Positions 1-9,306 of a DNA stretch of 64,000 nucleotides are shown one piece after another. A program made the translations under genes and the position numbers. Source of the DNA: a virus (Duplodnaviria > Caudoviricetes); IMG/VR virus record IMGVR_UViG_3300026549_000030, positions 96,001 to 160,000 of that record; one strand, given 5' to 3'. The notes under the pieces are model-generated. The model saw nothing but the letters and a program-made list of their open reading frames with translations, had not been told where the DNA came from and ran no database searches. Position 1 is the first letter of the stretch. Each line of letters begins with the position of its first letter.

Positions 1-1194
1 CGTGGCACCTTTTTCATTAACAAATGGCCGAATCAGTTTATTTACTTTGTCATATTGATGGTGATATGTCCACACACGGCAATACGGATTATCATATCCG
101 TTTGGCTTATCCGGTTTTAACTTTAGAAGGTTTCTACCATGTGAATTGCCATACATTGAAGACTTTGCCGTATCCGTTATTTCTTTCGCATCTGTAATTC
201 CATTTTCACCTACAGAAGTATGGAATCTACCCATAAGCGTTGATATCCTATGGGCTCTAAATAAATCATTTGTTTTAGAAAGTAAATTATTGCCGGTAAA
301 ATTAGTTTCAAATCCTTCTATCCTTGTCTCTTCGCCAATATTTTCTCTATCATATTCATGATATTCGTGTGGCTCGTTGGCAGAATTACTATTTCCTTCT
401 TCGTATTTTCTACCGTAATATTCCTCTAATTCTCCGACAGGTTGACTCATTTCCAAGTCGGCATAGCGCATTCTTCCACCTATCTTATCAGGCTTATACC
501 CAATTGATTTCGAAAGTTGCTCTTCGAGATAATAGTTTCCGCCATTATGTTCTAAATCAGGTTCTCCTGTAACGTAATCGTGGACAATTTCAACCTGTGC
601 CTCAGGAATGTCGGGTATTCTTCCGCTTGCTCTCTTATACTCACCAGAAAGGTTATTGTATGCGTCAATAAGCCCGCCCTTGGCAAAAATACTGAATCTT
701 CTTATGTCTCTTTCCGCGATAGGACTCGTTCCATAAAATGCAGTCAAATCGGGCGTAAGATACTTTTCCTTAACGTGTCTGTCAGAGTTGGCGTAATTCA
801 TAAACGTCATTCCCTGAGCATACATTAAGTCTCCTACCTCACTGAGTTTGTTCCTCTCCGTGAAATTTATGAGGTAGTCGCCCTCCCACATTTGTAAATC
901 TTCTCCGAGAGGTTCAACTTCGTAAGCTTCATCCTCATAAAGTTTATATTTCCTATCTATACTTTTAGAATAGTCAGATTTTCCATCATGAGTAAAATCA
1001 ACAAGAGATTTTCCTCCCGTTATAGGCGAAACGCTCCTGTCCTTTATCGTTACATATTCAGCAAGCCCCGAGCCGTACTGCAAGTACTGCCTGTCTTTCC
1101 AATATATGCGCCTCATCATTTCCTCGCGGGTATCTTCATTGACCTTTAATACCCCCGGAACCTTAGCAACAGAGTTTATTTTTTCAGAAGCCAT
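1..1194 (-). CDS. Hypothetical protein, partial (runs off the left edge); probably tail/baseplate-associated
   Basis: ATG at 1194 (MASEKINSVAKVPGVLKVNEDTREEMMRRIYW...). The frame is open over the ~80 codons I translated by hand, and its absence from the ORF track fits a stop outside the window. Lies directly downstream of the tape-measure-like gene. Confidence 0.65.
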   Translation of the reverse strand, partial: MASEKINSVAKVPGVLKVNEDTREEMMRRIYWKDRQYLQYGSGLAEYVTIKDRSVSPITGGKSLVDFTHDGKSDYSKSIDRKYKLYEDEAYEVEPLGEDLQMWEGDYLINFTERNKLSEVGDLMYAQGMTFMNYANSDRHVKEKYLTPDLTAFYGTSPIAERDIRRFSIFAKGGLIDAYNNLSGEYKRASGRIPDIPEAQVEIVHDYVTGEPDLEHNGGNYYLEEQLSKSIGYKPDKIGGRMRYADLEMSQPVGELEEYYGRKYEEGNSNSANEPHEYHEYDRENIGEETRIEGFETNFTGNNLLSKTNDLFRAHRISTLMGRFHTSVGENGITDAKEITDTAKSSMYGNSHGRNLLKLKPDKPNGYDNPYCRVWTYHHQYDKVNKLIRPFVNEKGAT

Positions 1195-1312
1195 TTTTCG
1201 CTATTTATTAATTTCTAATTATTAATTTTTAATAATAAAGAAATATTTCTTTTCTTAAATTTTTCTTATTATATTATACTGGTCCTATAGTACTCTTATA
1301 CTAATGGGCCTA

Positions 1313-4102
1313 TTAGACATAAGATCCTTGTATCGCGCCGCGGAACTTGTCGTGTTCCATATCGTATCCCCTGTCGTTAAGAATATTCGCCTTTCTCATA
1401 ATCGTCGGAATATTTTCCGTTACTGTGTCGAGAATTGCTTTCTTAAGAGCTCTCGTGTCGATATCGTCGATAGGGATATTCCTGAATTGATTTCCTGAAT
1501 TTACATTAAACTGTCCGTTAATCGTTAACGTAATTGGCTCAAAAGCAATTTTCTGTTGTCCTTGCTGACTTTGGTTAAACCTCTGAGCAATCGAAGGAGA
1601 AACGGATAGTGTATTAAGGTAATCGGCTGTCGCTCTATTTCTAAGTCTATCAAATGCCGTTGTATATGGATTCTGCCCACTATTAAGAATACGAACATTA
1701 CTACGCCCAAGCAAATCAGTCCCTCTCCTATTAAGGACAGATTCACCACGCAAAATTTTAGCAAAGTGCTCGTTGAAATTACTATTTGACAAGCCAACAT
1801 GATGTGTACTAATATCGTCGTTATCTTCTGTCCTCTTAAAGTATTCTTCGCGCTCTTTATCGTATTTTTTATTCTTTACATCTTCCGCGAATCTACGTTT
1901 TTCCTTCTTACCACCCGAGCCTATATGTCTTTTATAATCCTTGTTAATGAATTCTGCGTTACTTTCTCCGCCAACATACTCGTTAACTTCTTTTGAAAGT
2001 TCACCACGTGATAACGCGCCTTTAATAGCAGATCTACTTCCATATCTTCGCATCAATTCTGCCCATTTTTCCGGATCGTTATCTCTGACATTTGCGAAAT
2101 ATGCCTTTTCGGAAGCGGTCATTCCGCCGCTTCCTACTATCTTAGAGACGAGAGCACCAAGTTTTCCAGATACACCCTTAAGGTTATTGTCCAAGAAATC
2201 ATAAATTGTTTGTGTCTGCACAAATACGTCTCCAAGTCCCGCATTTTCTTTATTATCCTTTCTCTTCGACTCTTCTTCAAGACTTGGTAGAAGCTTAGCA
2301 AATCTTGGATCAGAAAGGAGGATTTCTTCTCCCTTTTTACCAACAAGACCCTGTGTATCGGCTATATACGCTTGTCCATTTTTGTTAATTTGTGCAAGAT
2401 TCTTAATATAATCAAGTGTGTTTCCGCTATATTTTCCTCCAGCCGCCTTCTCAACGATGTTTTCACGTGCCTTATTCATGGCAATGTTCATCATCTCATT
2501 AGGATTAACACCCATCGCTTCTGCAGCGGAACGCATTCGCCGCCTATCAAACGAGCTTATTTCAATCTGTCCCTTACCCTTATCGAAATAAGCCTTGTCG
2601 CTAAACATTTTAACCATGCGGTCATTCAGCCCTTCCATATCATTTAGGCCTTCATAAAGAAGTCCCATAGGATTACTGAATTGTGCAAAATCGCCACCGA
2701 GAACCGATAAATTCGCTGCTGTTTTAATAGCGCCCTCAACAGTATTAACTTTTTCAGCAAATCTAGCAACCTCCGACATATTATACTTCAAACGAGTTGA
2801 AGTTTCAGCCATTTTTTGAAGTCCGTCAACGCCCTTAGAGAATGTGTATGTCTGAGCCATCTTAAGATTACTCTTAATAGCATCAGTCATCTTTTTAAAT
2901 GAAAGTCCCTTAGAGCCGGCTTTTCCGTATAATTTGCTGAAATATTCATCAGTGCTTTGAAGGCTACGTCCAAACGTATCGAACATTCCAAGAGTATCAC
3001 CCTCAATGCCCATACGCTTCATGTCAATAGCTGACTTTATATTTGCATTTGTCTGACGATATACTTCACGCCCCGTCCCTTCTGAGAAATTTACAGCGCC
3101 ATTGTAATAATCTTCTGCAGTGTATCCATACTTAATTGGCTGGCTATTTCTAAATGCAGCCGATTGACGCATAAATTGCTGCTTTCCATATTTACCGCCA
3201 CCGTAGGTCCTTGCATAGTCCCTACCAAAAGATTCTTCTTTATTGAAGATATCTGCGCCCATTTTAAGCCCCTTAAGTAACATACCCCAAGGACCGCCAA
3301 CAAGCCCAATTATACTGTCAATTGCCGCAGATGAGTTAATATTTCCTGTTGCAAGGGAGTTAAGTCCACCCATTGCTAAGTTCATAGCCTGGCCTTTCCA
3401 CTTACCCTTATTTTGGAATTTTTCCCAGTTCTTTTCCTCTTTTTTCTGTCGTTTGAGATAATCCGCAAGTCCTGGATTATCTTTTAATGCCTGATTTAAC
3501 CCCTTTTGCTTAATCTCTTTTTCAAATTTCCTTTTTTCAAGAGATTCCTTTCTATCTTCAATACGAGATTGTCTTATCTTTTCATCAAGTCCCTTATCAC
3601 CAGTTTTTCCTTCGCTTTCAGCATAAGTTTGATGAAAACTTTCAATCGCATCTTTAATCTCGTTAAGAACAGTTTTAATATCTCCAAATGCAGAAGTATC
3701 AGTTGCTACATTTTTTGGGGCATTAGATACGGACGACGGTAAACGAATACCACCTTGAATATTTTGACTAAATCTTTGAAGCTCCTTTATAACATTTGAC
3801 ATTGTTTTGTCAAGCTTTGTTATAGAGCTATTAGCCGATAATAGATTATCAATTATCGGTTTCGAAGATGCAGAAGTTTTGGACATTTGCTGTCCAGAGG
3901 CGGTACTTTTTTTCTTAGCTGCGGTAGATTTACCGCTTGTGTTCTTTGCTATATTTGCATTAGTATCACCTAAAATATCCTTTATTGCGTCAAGCACATT
4001 AGTCGATGCATCCATCTTATCGCTGAGTGAGCGAAAAGTGGAAGTAACTTGCCCTAAGGCAGTTTCAAGTGCTTTTATATCTACGCTGTTTCCTCCCGCC
4101 AT
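1313..4102 (-). CDS. Tape-measure-like tail protein
   Basis: 929 aa, helical, rich in A/G/K/S, with a hydrophobic Gly-rich stretch (IIGLVGGPWGMLLKGL) and a C-terminal FAKILRGESVLN motif. Follows the gp26-like chaperone pair. Confidence 0.6.
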   Translation of the reverse strand: MAGGNSVDIKALETALGQVTSTFRSLSDKMDASTNVLDAIKDILGDTNANIAKNTSGKSTAAKKKSTASGQQMSKTSASSKPIIDNLLSANSSITKLDKTMSNVIKELQRFSQNIQGGIRLPSSVSNAPKNVATDTSAFGDIKTVLNEIKDAIESFHQTYAESEGKTGDKGLDEKIRQSRIEDRKESLEKRKFEKEIKQKGLNQALKDNPGLADYLKRQKKEEKNWEKFQNKGKWKGQAMNLAMGGLNSLATGNINSSAAIDSIIGLVGGPWGMLLKGLKMGADIFNKEESFGRDYARTYGGGKYGKQQFMRQSAAFRNSQPIKYGYTAEDYYNGAVNFSEGTGREVYRQTNANIKSAIDMKRMGIEGDTLGMFDTFGRSLQSTDEYFSKLYGKAGSKGLSFKKMTDAIKSNLKMAQTYTFSKGVDGLQKMAETSTRLKYNMSEVARFAEKVNTVEGAIKTAANLSVLGGDFAQFSNPMGLLYEGLNDMEGLNDRMVKMFSDKAYFDKGKGQIEISSFDRRRMRSAAEAMGVNPNEMMNIAMNKARENIVEKAAGGKYSGNTLDYIKNLAQINKNGQAYIADTQGLVGKKGEEILLSDPRFAKLLPSLEEESKRKDNKENAGLGDVFVQTQTIYDFLDNNLKGVSGKLGALVSKIVGSGGMTASEKAYFANVRDNDPEKWAELMRRYGSRSAIKGALSRGELSKEVNEYVGGESNAEFINKDYKRHIGSGGKKEKRRFAEDVKNKKYDKEREEYFKRTEDNDDISTHHVGLSNSNFNEHFAKILRGESVLNRRGTDLLGRSNVRILNSGQNPYTTAFDRLRNRATADYLNTLSVSPSIAQRFNQSQQGQQKIAFEPITLTINGQFNVNSGNQFRNIPIDDIDTRALKKAILDTVTENIPTIMRKANILNDRGYDMEHDKFRGAIQGSYV

Positions 4103-4146
4103 AAAAATAACGAATTAACCTAACAATAAATAGTTATGATTAAAAA

Positions 4147-4168
4147 AATTGGGGCTTCTGCCCCAATT
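4147..4168 (-). terminator. Rho-independent terminator
   Basis: AATTGGGGC-TTCT-GCCCCAATT hairpin followed by a T run on the minus strand. Confidence 0.7.
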
Positions 4169-4460
4169 AATTAGCATTTCCCTGTTCGATTGCTGCATAT
4201 GCATTAACCGCCTCACCGTCAACGACTGTACCCTTCTGTGGGCCGCGTATTCCTTCATCCATTTCCTGAGCTACCCTATTATGTTTCTGAATCCAGAATT
4301 TCCTGATATATGTCGGCATTGACATTACCGTTTCATACGGAAGATTCAGATAGCTTACACAGCCGTAAATCTCATTCCAGAATGAAAGTTCGTATTCCCT
4401 ATCAAACTTTAGAGACGAAAATAAACTGATCAAGTCGCAGAAAGGTGTCCATTTGACCAC
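4167..4460 (-). CDS. Small tail/baseplate assembly chaperone C-terminal part (GT-like), possibly made by frameshift from the upstream gene
   Basis: Overlaps the end of 4402..6024 in the +1 frame and has only a GTG start. The motif EIYGCVSYLNLPYETVMSMPTYIRKFWI resembles small chaperone ORFs that precede tape measure genes. Confidence 0.55.
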   Translation of the reverse strand: MVKWTPFCDLISLFSSLKFDREYELSFWNEIYGCVSYLNLPYETVMSMPTYIRKFWIQKHNRVAQEMDEGIRGPQKGTVVDGEAVNAYAAIEQGNAN

Positions 4461-6024
4461 CTCCGAGGTCCTCGGGACGTTCTACCTTGATATTGTAATC
4501 AACACCCGGCTCGTTGTTAATAATGTAGTCCCTGTATGCCTTTGCGTCACGGACATTAAGATTAAGAATATAATCCACAATGTACTTTCTATCAGTATTT
4601 CCGTTCACGCTTACCGTTGAAAGGATAAGACGGTTCGTCAAATCATGCGAGAATTCATTTTCAGGGATTGTTCCGAAATATGCTTCTCCTTCGTCCTCCA
4701 ATGTATTGATTGCAGAAACCATTTTCTGATATGCTTCCTCCTCAATCAAATCATTATCAACAATTGCGTTGCGAAGTTTTGTAAGACTTTCCTTATATGT
4801 TGCTACGCGGTATTGCTTATCCTCTTCGTTCTGCATTTCCTGCAGTTTCTTTGTATCCTTGTTGGTGAGGAATTTAAATTTCATTTCATCCTTTGTGACA
4901 GGAAGCTTGAATGAGAAATATCCGTCCTCATCACCCGTAAGTGTGAACTTACGATACTTCAAATTCGACAAATCAACAACAGTGTCAAATTCCTCGCCTG
5001 TCTTATCGTCTGTAACGGTTACAGGGTATTCGTTTCCGTATCCGCTTGCGCGAAGCCAGATAATGATAGCATCCCTATCTCCCTGCACCAAGTCGTCAGG
5101 GTCAATACCCTTCACCTTATTCTTAAGCATATGGTCAAGGAACGTTCCGTTTCGATAAAGATTAGGTGAAAGGATAAGGTTCTCGTCGTATGCCGTCAAG
5201 TAACTCACACTTACTTCCTTAATCTTACTTGGATAGCATTCACCCTTTGAAGGAAGATTAACGGTATCGTATGGTGTACGTCCGTCGTTTTCCCTTACGT
5301 TAAGCCCGTCCTGAGAAGGCTGCTCCTGTGCATTTTTCTTCGTTGTCTTTTTCTGTTCAGTTTCAACAACTATCGGCTCCGTCACCGTAATTTTTTTCTC
5401 GTTATCCATTTTTTCTTCCGTTTGTTTCTTTCTATTGTCAGTTTTTGGCGTAACTTCTTCGTACAGAAGCGAAGAAGCCTTATAGGTGTCAAGCGATTCA
5501 GGTTCGTAAACCTCTCGAGACTTGAAGTCAGTATATGAACCCTTCGCAGTAGGGAACGGTTTCACTTCCTCTTCTTTCCTTTCCGTCTTATTGCCCTTCT
5601 CAACAATAGCCCTAATTCCGTCCCGCTTATTTGCCTTTTCAATGGCTTTAATAATACCGCTTCTGTCGATACGCTTCTTATTTTGAACTATCTCGATAAG
5701 ATCCTGTTCATCGCCGCCAAGCTGCAGATACTTAGCCTTGATGTCTTCCTGTGCGGTTTCCATTAGGGCGAGCGTCTTCTTAATGCTCATATCGCTGTAA
5801 ACGCGATTTCCGTACTTATCCTTCTTAGTACTTCTCACACGAACCATTTCGTCCTTACTCTGCTCATACATTTGGTATGAATTTCTGAGAAGTTTAAGGT
5901 CGTTCTGTCTCTGTTCTTCCGCGTCCTGCTCAGGGGTTGCACCGAGAACCCTGTTAAGTATCTCTTTTACACTCTCGTCAAAATGCGGCTCCGTTGGCTT
6001 TGTGCTTTTTCTTGTGTTTGCCAT
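4402..6024 (-). CDS. Baseplate hub assembly protein (T4 gp26-like) with long N-terminal extension
   Basis: YDTVNLPSKGECYP...YLTAYDENLIL...LVQGDRDAIIIWLRASGYGNEY motif typical of the gp26-like hub assembly family. Confidence 0.7.
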   Translation of the reverse strand: MANTRKSTKPTEPHFDESVKEILNRVLGATPEQDAEEQRQNDLKLLRNSYQMYEQSKDEMVRVRSTKKDKYGNRVYSDMSIKKTLALMETAQEDIKAKYLQLGGDEQDLIEIVQNKKRIDRSGIIKAIEKANKRDGIRAIVEKGNKTERKEEEVKPFPTAKGSYTDFKSREVYEPESLDTYKASSLLYEEVTPKTDNRKKQTEEKMDNEKKITVTEPIVVETEQKKTTKKNAQEQPSQDGLNVRENDGRTPYDTVNLPSKGECYPSKIKEVSVSYLTAYDENLILSPNLYRNGTFLDHMLKNKVKGIDPDDLVQGDRDAIIIWLRASGYGNEYPVTVTDDKTGEEFDTVVDLSNLKYRKFTLTGDEDGYFSFKLPVTKDEMKFKFLTNKDTKKLQEMQNEEDKQYRVATYKESLTKLRNAIVDNDLIEEEAYQKMVSAINTLEDEGEAYFGTIPENEFSHDLTNRLILSTVSVNGNTDRKYIVDYILNLNVRDAKAYRDYIINNEPGVDYNIKVERPEDLGGGQMDTFLRLDQFIFVSKV

Positions 6025-6617
6025 TATTTTATATCAATTTTTTCTACAATTATTGCAAAGTGGAATGGATATTTGCTGTCAGCATAATCCTGTAAAATTT
6101 TACATCCATTAAGAAGCGCTTCCTTACCGTTTTCAAGTTCTATGATAAATCCCCTCTTCGGCAAAATTTTCAATTTCATTTTATCATCAAGCGCGTCGTC
6201 GGCGTGAACCTTCTTACTATCGTCAAGCCAGAAACGTATTTCGCTTTCAGCGTCTCCATCCATTGAATTTGGATTTATATTGAGGATAAGCAAGAACATT
6301 TTGCCGGCTTCAAATTTTTCTTGAAAGAATTCATCAGTTACTTCAACTTTCTTCGAATTGTAAATAACAACCTCAGCTTCGTAGTAATCATATATTATAT
6401 CAGGAGAATCGTCAACCTGACGTTCCCTATAATCAGTCATTCTTCCACGTCTGTCAACACCGTTTCTCAAGTCATTGACATAACGGTTCATTTGGCTATT
6501 AGTCTTCCAAAACTTATCGAGAACCATTTCACTGAATTCTTCTCTGGTGAGTTTTCCTGCATATTCGTATTGTCCATGCTCCGTGTCAATCACGGGAATC
6601 TTCATTTTCGTAAGCAT
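6024..6617 (-). CDS. Hypothetical protein
   Basis: 197 aa ORF with a stop/start overlap with the downstream gene. Confidence 0.75.
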   Translation of the reverse strand: MLTKMKIPVIDTEHGQYEYAGKLTREEFSEMVLDKFWKTNSQMNRYVNDLRNGVDRRGRMTDYRERQVDDSPDIIYDYYEAEVVIYNSKKVEVTDEFFQEKFEAGKMFLLILNINPNSMDGDAESEIRFWLDDSKKVHADDALDDKMKLKILPKRGFIIELENGKEALLNGCKILQDYADSKYPFHFAIIVEKIDIK

Positions 6618-7137
6618 GCCTTATTGTCTTATCAACTATATATTTCTTTAATCTTTTACGCAAATAATTCAAAACACCCTCAGGGTCTGAATTTATATCT
6701 TTCTCCCAAATATAAATGATTGGGATTCCGTTCATTTCGCACCATTTGCGCTTCTTCTCGTCTACCCTTATATTCTTTTTCTGAACAGCATTCAAGTCTT
6801 TCTCCTCGAAAACTCTCCTGTCACCGTGCCAATAGGAACCCTGTATCTCAATAATTGGTCCATATGGCTTAACTCTGAAATCAAAAAACCTTCCAATAGA
6901 CTTCGCCTCGTATTGATACACGTACGGGATTCCGAGCTTGTCCAAAAAGTCACGTGCAAATCTCTCTTCAAGCTTAGAGGTACCAAATTTCGGGTGAAAG
7001 TGCCGTTCTTTTTTCACTTTCGGTTTTGCAGGAAGTCTCCTGTCCTTTCTTCCCGATGAAGAGCCGCTCGTTTTCTTAACTGCCTTGGATCTTGGTTTTT
7101 GAAATGTTCCTGTTTTCTTTCTTATCGGCTGCGCCAT
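6586..7137 (-). CDS. Vsr/DUF559-like PD-(D/E)XK endonuclease with basic N-terminus
   Basis: SKLEERF...FFDFRV...IIEIQGSYWHGD...DEKKRKWCEMNGIPIIYIWE. Confidence 0.75.
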   Translation of the reverse strand: MAQPIRKKTGTFQKPRSKAVKKTSGSSSGRKDRRLPAKPKVKKERHFHPKFGTSKLEERFARDFLDKLGIPYVYQYEAKSIGRFFDFRVKPYGPIIEIQGSYWHGDRRVFEEKDLNAVQKKNIRVDEKKRKWCEMNGIPIIYIWEKDINSDPEGVLNYLRKRLKKYIVDKTIRHAYENEDSRD

Positions 7138-7141
7138 TTAC

Positions 7142-7474
7142 TTAATTTTTAGTATATTCAAACACAAACGTCGTAACTCCGTCCTCATTATGGGAAATTA
7201 TTGAAGGAACGAACCAACGTTTAATCTGCACATAATCCTCGTCAGTATCATAACTTATCTTCACGAGAGGTGCGTCCACCGTTCCAATTGAATTTGCTAA
7301 ATTAATCAACATTTCGTCGTCTATGTAATCGTCCGTGTACATAGAGAACGCAAAGCGTTCAACGAATATACTAAGCAATAGAACAGTATAAGTTCTCTTC
7401 TGATATTTCTTGTACCAATCAGAGGTTGTTAAAAAAGTTATCGTAACATTTTTTAAGCTATGTGTTTCTTCCAT
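7142..7474 (-). CDS. Hypothetical protein
   Basis: 110 aa ORF in the minus-strand operon. Confidence 0.65.
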   Translation of the reverse strand: MEETHSLKNVTITFLTTSDWYKKYQKRTYTVLLLSIFVERFAFSMYTDDYIDDEMLINLANSIGTVDAPLVKISYDTDEDYVQIKRWFVPSIISHNEDGVTTFVFEYTKN

Positions 7475-7494
7475 ATTTTTAATAATAACTACTC

Positions 7495-7836
7495 CTATTT
7501 TAAGTTTTTCGGGAAAAAAGGATTATCTTTTAAAGCATTTGCCATATCCTCTATTTCCTTACAAATTTTTTCAAAATTTACAATGTCTTCAAAAGTCAGC
7601 GAAAACCATTCATTCAACACCTTTTTCGCTAAGAATCTTGAATGCAGTGTTTTTTCTAGAAAGAACGGGTGTTTTGTTTTATAATATCTGCACAAGTAAA
7701 TCTCACCAGGATTTCCGGTTTGAAGCTTTTTTATTCTTCGTTCCAAGGAACCCTTAGTGACGCCTATCTTATACATTCCTTCTTTTTCCCAATCTCCAAG
7801 TAGGTAAACACACCCCTCTTCCCCGTTTTTTTCCAT
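7495..7836 (-). CDS. GIY-YIG superfamily T5orf172-like protein
   Basis: VYLLGD...YKIGVTKGSLERRIKKLQTGNP...LEKTLHSRF...LNEWF; probable start ATG at 7836. Confidence 0.8.
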   Translation of the reverse strand: MEKNGEEGCVYLLGDWEKEGMYKIGVTKGSLERRIKKLQTGNPGEIYLCRYYKTKHPFFLEKTLHSRFLAKKVLNEWFSLTFEDIVNFEKICKEIEDMANALKDNPFFPKNLK

Positions 7837-7936
7837 GAAAAAGTATTTATTATAAAAATAAACCCTACAATAACATTGTAAACACTTTATTTTTGTAGTG
7901 TTAAATGTATTTATATAATAGCAAAATAAACGAATT

Positions 7937-8329
7937 ATGGATAATAAGAAGAAACACATAGACGATTTGCACGCTATACAGGAAATGGTGGGAAAAATCC
8001 GTACTCTTAATGAGACTATTCAGTTCAACGAGGAAGGTTATGATGATTTTGGTGCAGAAGAGGAAATGCCAGCCGTTGGCCCTGAACAGGAAGAACCATG
8101 CGCAAACGGTGAGTGCAAAATAGAGAAGGCTAACCCAGAGGAAGTTGGTTTACAGGAACTTGAAAAGGGTGGAGAGCTTGATAAAATTCGTGAAATCACA
8201 CTTCACGGAATGATTGCCCTCAACAAGACGCCTGAGGATCCTAAATTCCAAGCACTCCTTAAGATTTTCAACATCTGCAACAAGGCAGTTAATGAGAATG
8301 GAGAGCAAGAAGTTCAGAAGCAAGCGTAA
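7937..8329 (+). CDS. Acidic hypothetical protein, possible prohead core component
   Basis: 130 aa, TATTTAT motif at 7908, L-N-E site (RTLNET). Confidence 0.7.
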   Translation: MDNKKKHIDDLHAIQEMVGKIRTLNETIQFNEEGYDDFGAEEEMPAVGPEQEEPCANGECKIEKANPEEVGLQELEKGGELDKIREITLHGMIALNKTPEDPKFQALLKIFNICNKAVNENGEQEVQKQA

Positions 8330-8351
8330 TACACGTTCGTAATAAAAAAAT

Positions 8352-8375
8352 AATCCCCGCAAAATTGCGGGGATT
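8352..8375. terminator. Bidirectional intrinsic terminator
   Basis: AATCCCCGCAA-AA-TTGCGGGGATT between convergent genes, with an A run on the left and a T run on the right. Confidence 0.8.
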
Positions 8376-8402
8376 TTTGTTTAATCAGATATATTTACTT
8401 GT

Positions 8403-8783
8403 CTAGGCGATTCTTTCTATATTTAATACGCTATCAGGATCAACAAGCACGCAATTCCTTCCCGGACTTACACCTTCAGTGGAAGCAGTTATCTTAAGAA
8501 TACATGGTCCATAACTTTTAATAAGTCGTTGCGCCTCCTCTGGAGTTGACACGGCAATAATCTTTCCAGGATATATTGAACTAAGTTTATTGCCGGCAAG
8601 AACACTATAATCGCCGTATTTGTTTGCCTTTAAATAATAATCAACATAAGTGTCAGGAACCCATTTATATACATCTGTGCTTCCCTGTTCGCCTTCAACG
8701 TATTCTTTTATTACCTTCTTTACGCTTTCAGCAATAATCTGTCTGAGGGCGTTTTCATTTAGTTTAATTGTATTATTTTTCAT
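8403..8783 (-). CDS. Hypothetical protein with shared N-terminal leader (putative capsid cargo)
   Basis: Starts MKNNTIKLNENALRQIIAESVKKVIKE. Confidence 0.8.
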   Translation of the reverse strand: MKNNTIKLNENALRQIIAESVKKVIKEYVEGEQGSTDVYKWVPDTYVDYYLKANKYGDYSVLAGNKLSSIYPGKIIAVSTPEEAQRLIKSYGPCILKITASTEGVSPGRNCVLVDPDSVLNIERIA

Positions 8784-9161
8784 ATTCTTATTTGTTTAAT
8801 TTGTTTGTTATAAGGATGTGAAGATGGCGGTTTAACTCAAGTCGTCAAATGTTAAATCGCCGTCCGAAAGTCCTCGTGGGCTGTTAATTCTCATAACAGT
8901 TTCTTCCAATGAAATTATTGATTCCCATAAATAGTTCCACTCTTTTCCTGCTAATTTCATGAACTCATCGAGTTGTTCTTTCGGGATGCTATAATAAAAA
9001 TCCTCTAATATCCCTACTACTTTATCAAGAGTATTTTGAAGTTCTTTGAATGACGGAGCAGAAGCCCAAGCATACTCGTTCAACACTTTCTTCACGCTCT
9101 CAGCGACAATTTGCCTGAGGGTGCTTTCGTTCAGTTTAATTGTATTATTTTTCATATTCTT
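8761..9161. repeat. 29-bp identical direct repeat (8761-8789 and 9133-9161) within a ~75-bp imperfect repeat encoding the leader peptide
   Basis: AGTTTAATTGTATTATTTTTCATATTCTT occurs twice, covering the start codon and translation initiation region. Confidence 0.85.
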
Positions 9162-9218
9162 GTTCGTTATTGCATTAGAAAGTTGACTTTCATTTATCGT
9201 CAATACATTTTTATTCAT
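8832..9218 (-). CDS. Hypothetical protein with doubled N-terminal leader (putative capsid cargo)
   Basis: MNKNVLTINESQL...MKNNTIKLNESTLRQIVAESVKKVLNE; alternative start at 9155. Confidence 0.8.
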   Translation of the reverse strand: MNKNVLTINESQLSNAITNKNMKNNTIKLNESTLRQIVAESVKKVLNEYAWASAPSFKELQNTLDKVVGILEDFYYSIPKEQLDEFMKLAGKEWNYLWESIISLEETVMRINSPRGLSDGDLTFDDLS

Positions 9219-9264
9219 TGTAATTCAGAAATTGTACTATTATAAATAGTTTGCAATATAAAAA

Positions 9265-9288
9265 AAACGAGGGAAAAATCCCTCGTTT
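9265..9288 (-). terminator. Rho-independent terminator after tail sheath
   Basis: AAACGAGGGA-AAAA-TCCCTCGTTT, with a T run on the minus strand. Confidence 0.75.
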
Positions 9289-9306
9289 CTTCGTTTATGA
9301 GTTTCT

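Noticed and set aside
146-828. Short + strand ORFs here, and the many short ORFs antisense to or nested in long genes elsewhere
   Set aside because: These are shadow ORFs of long coding regions, with no motifs or start signals.
1195-1312. AT-rich intergenic stretch as replication origin or ncRNA
   Set aside because: No iterons or convincing structure. Its TATTTAT at 1202 is on the non-coding strand, so it was not counted as a promoter.
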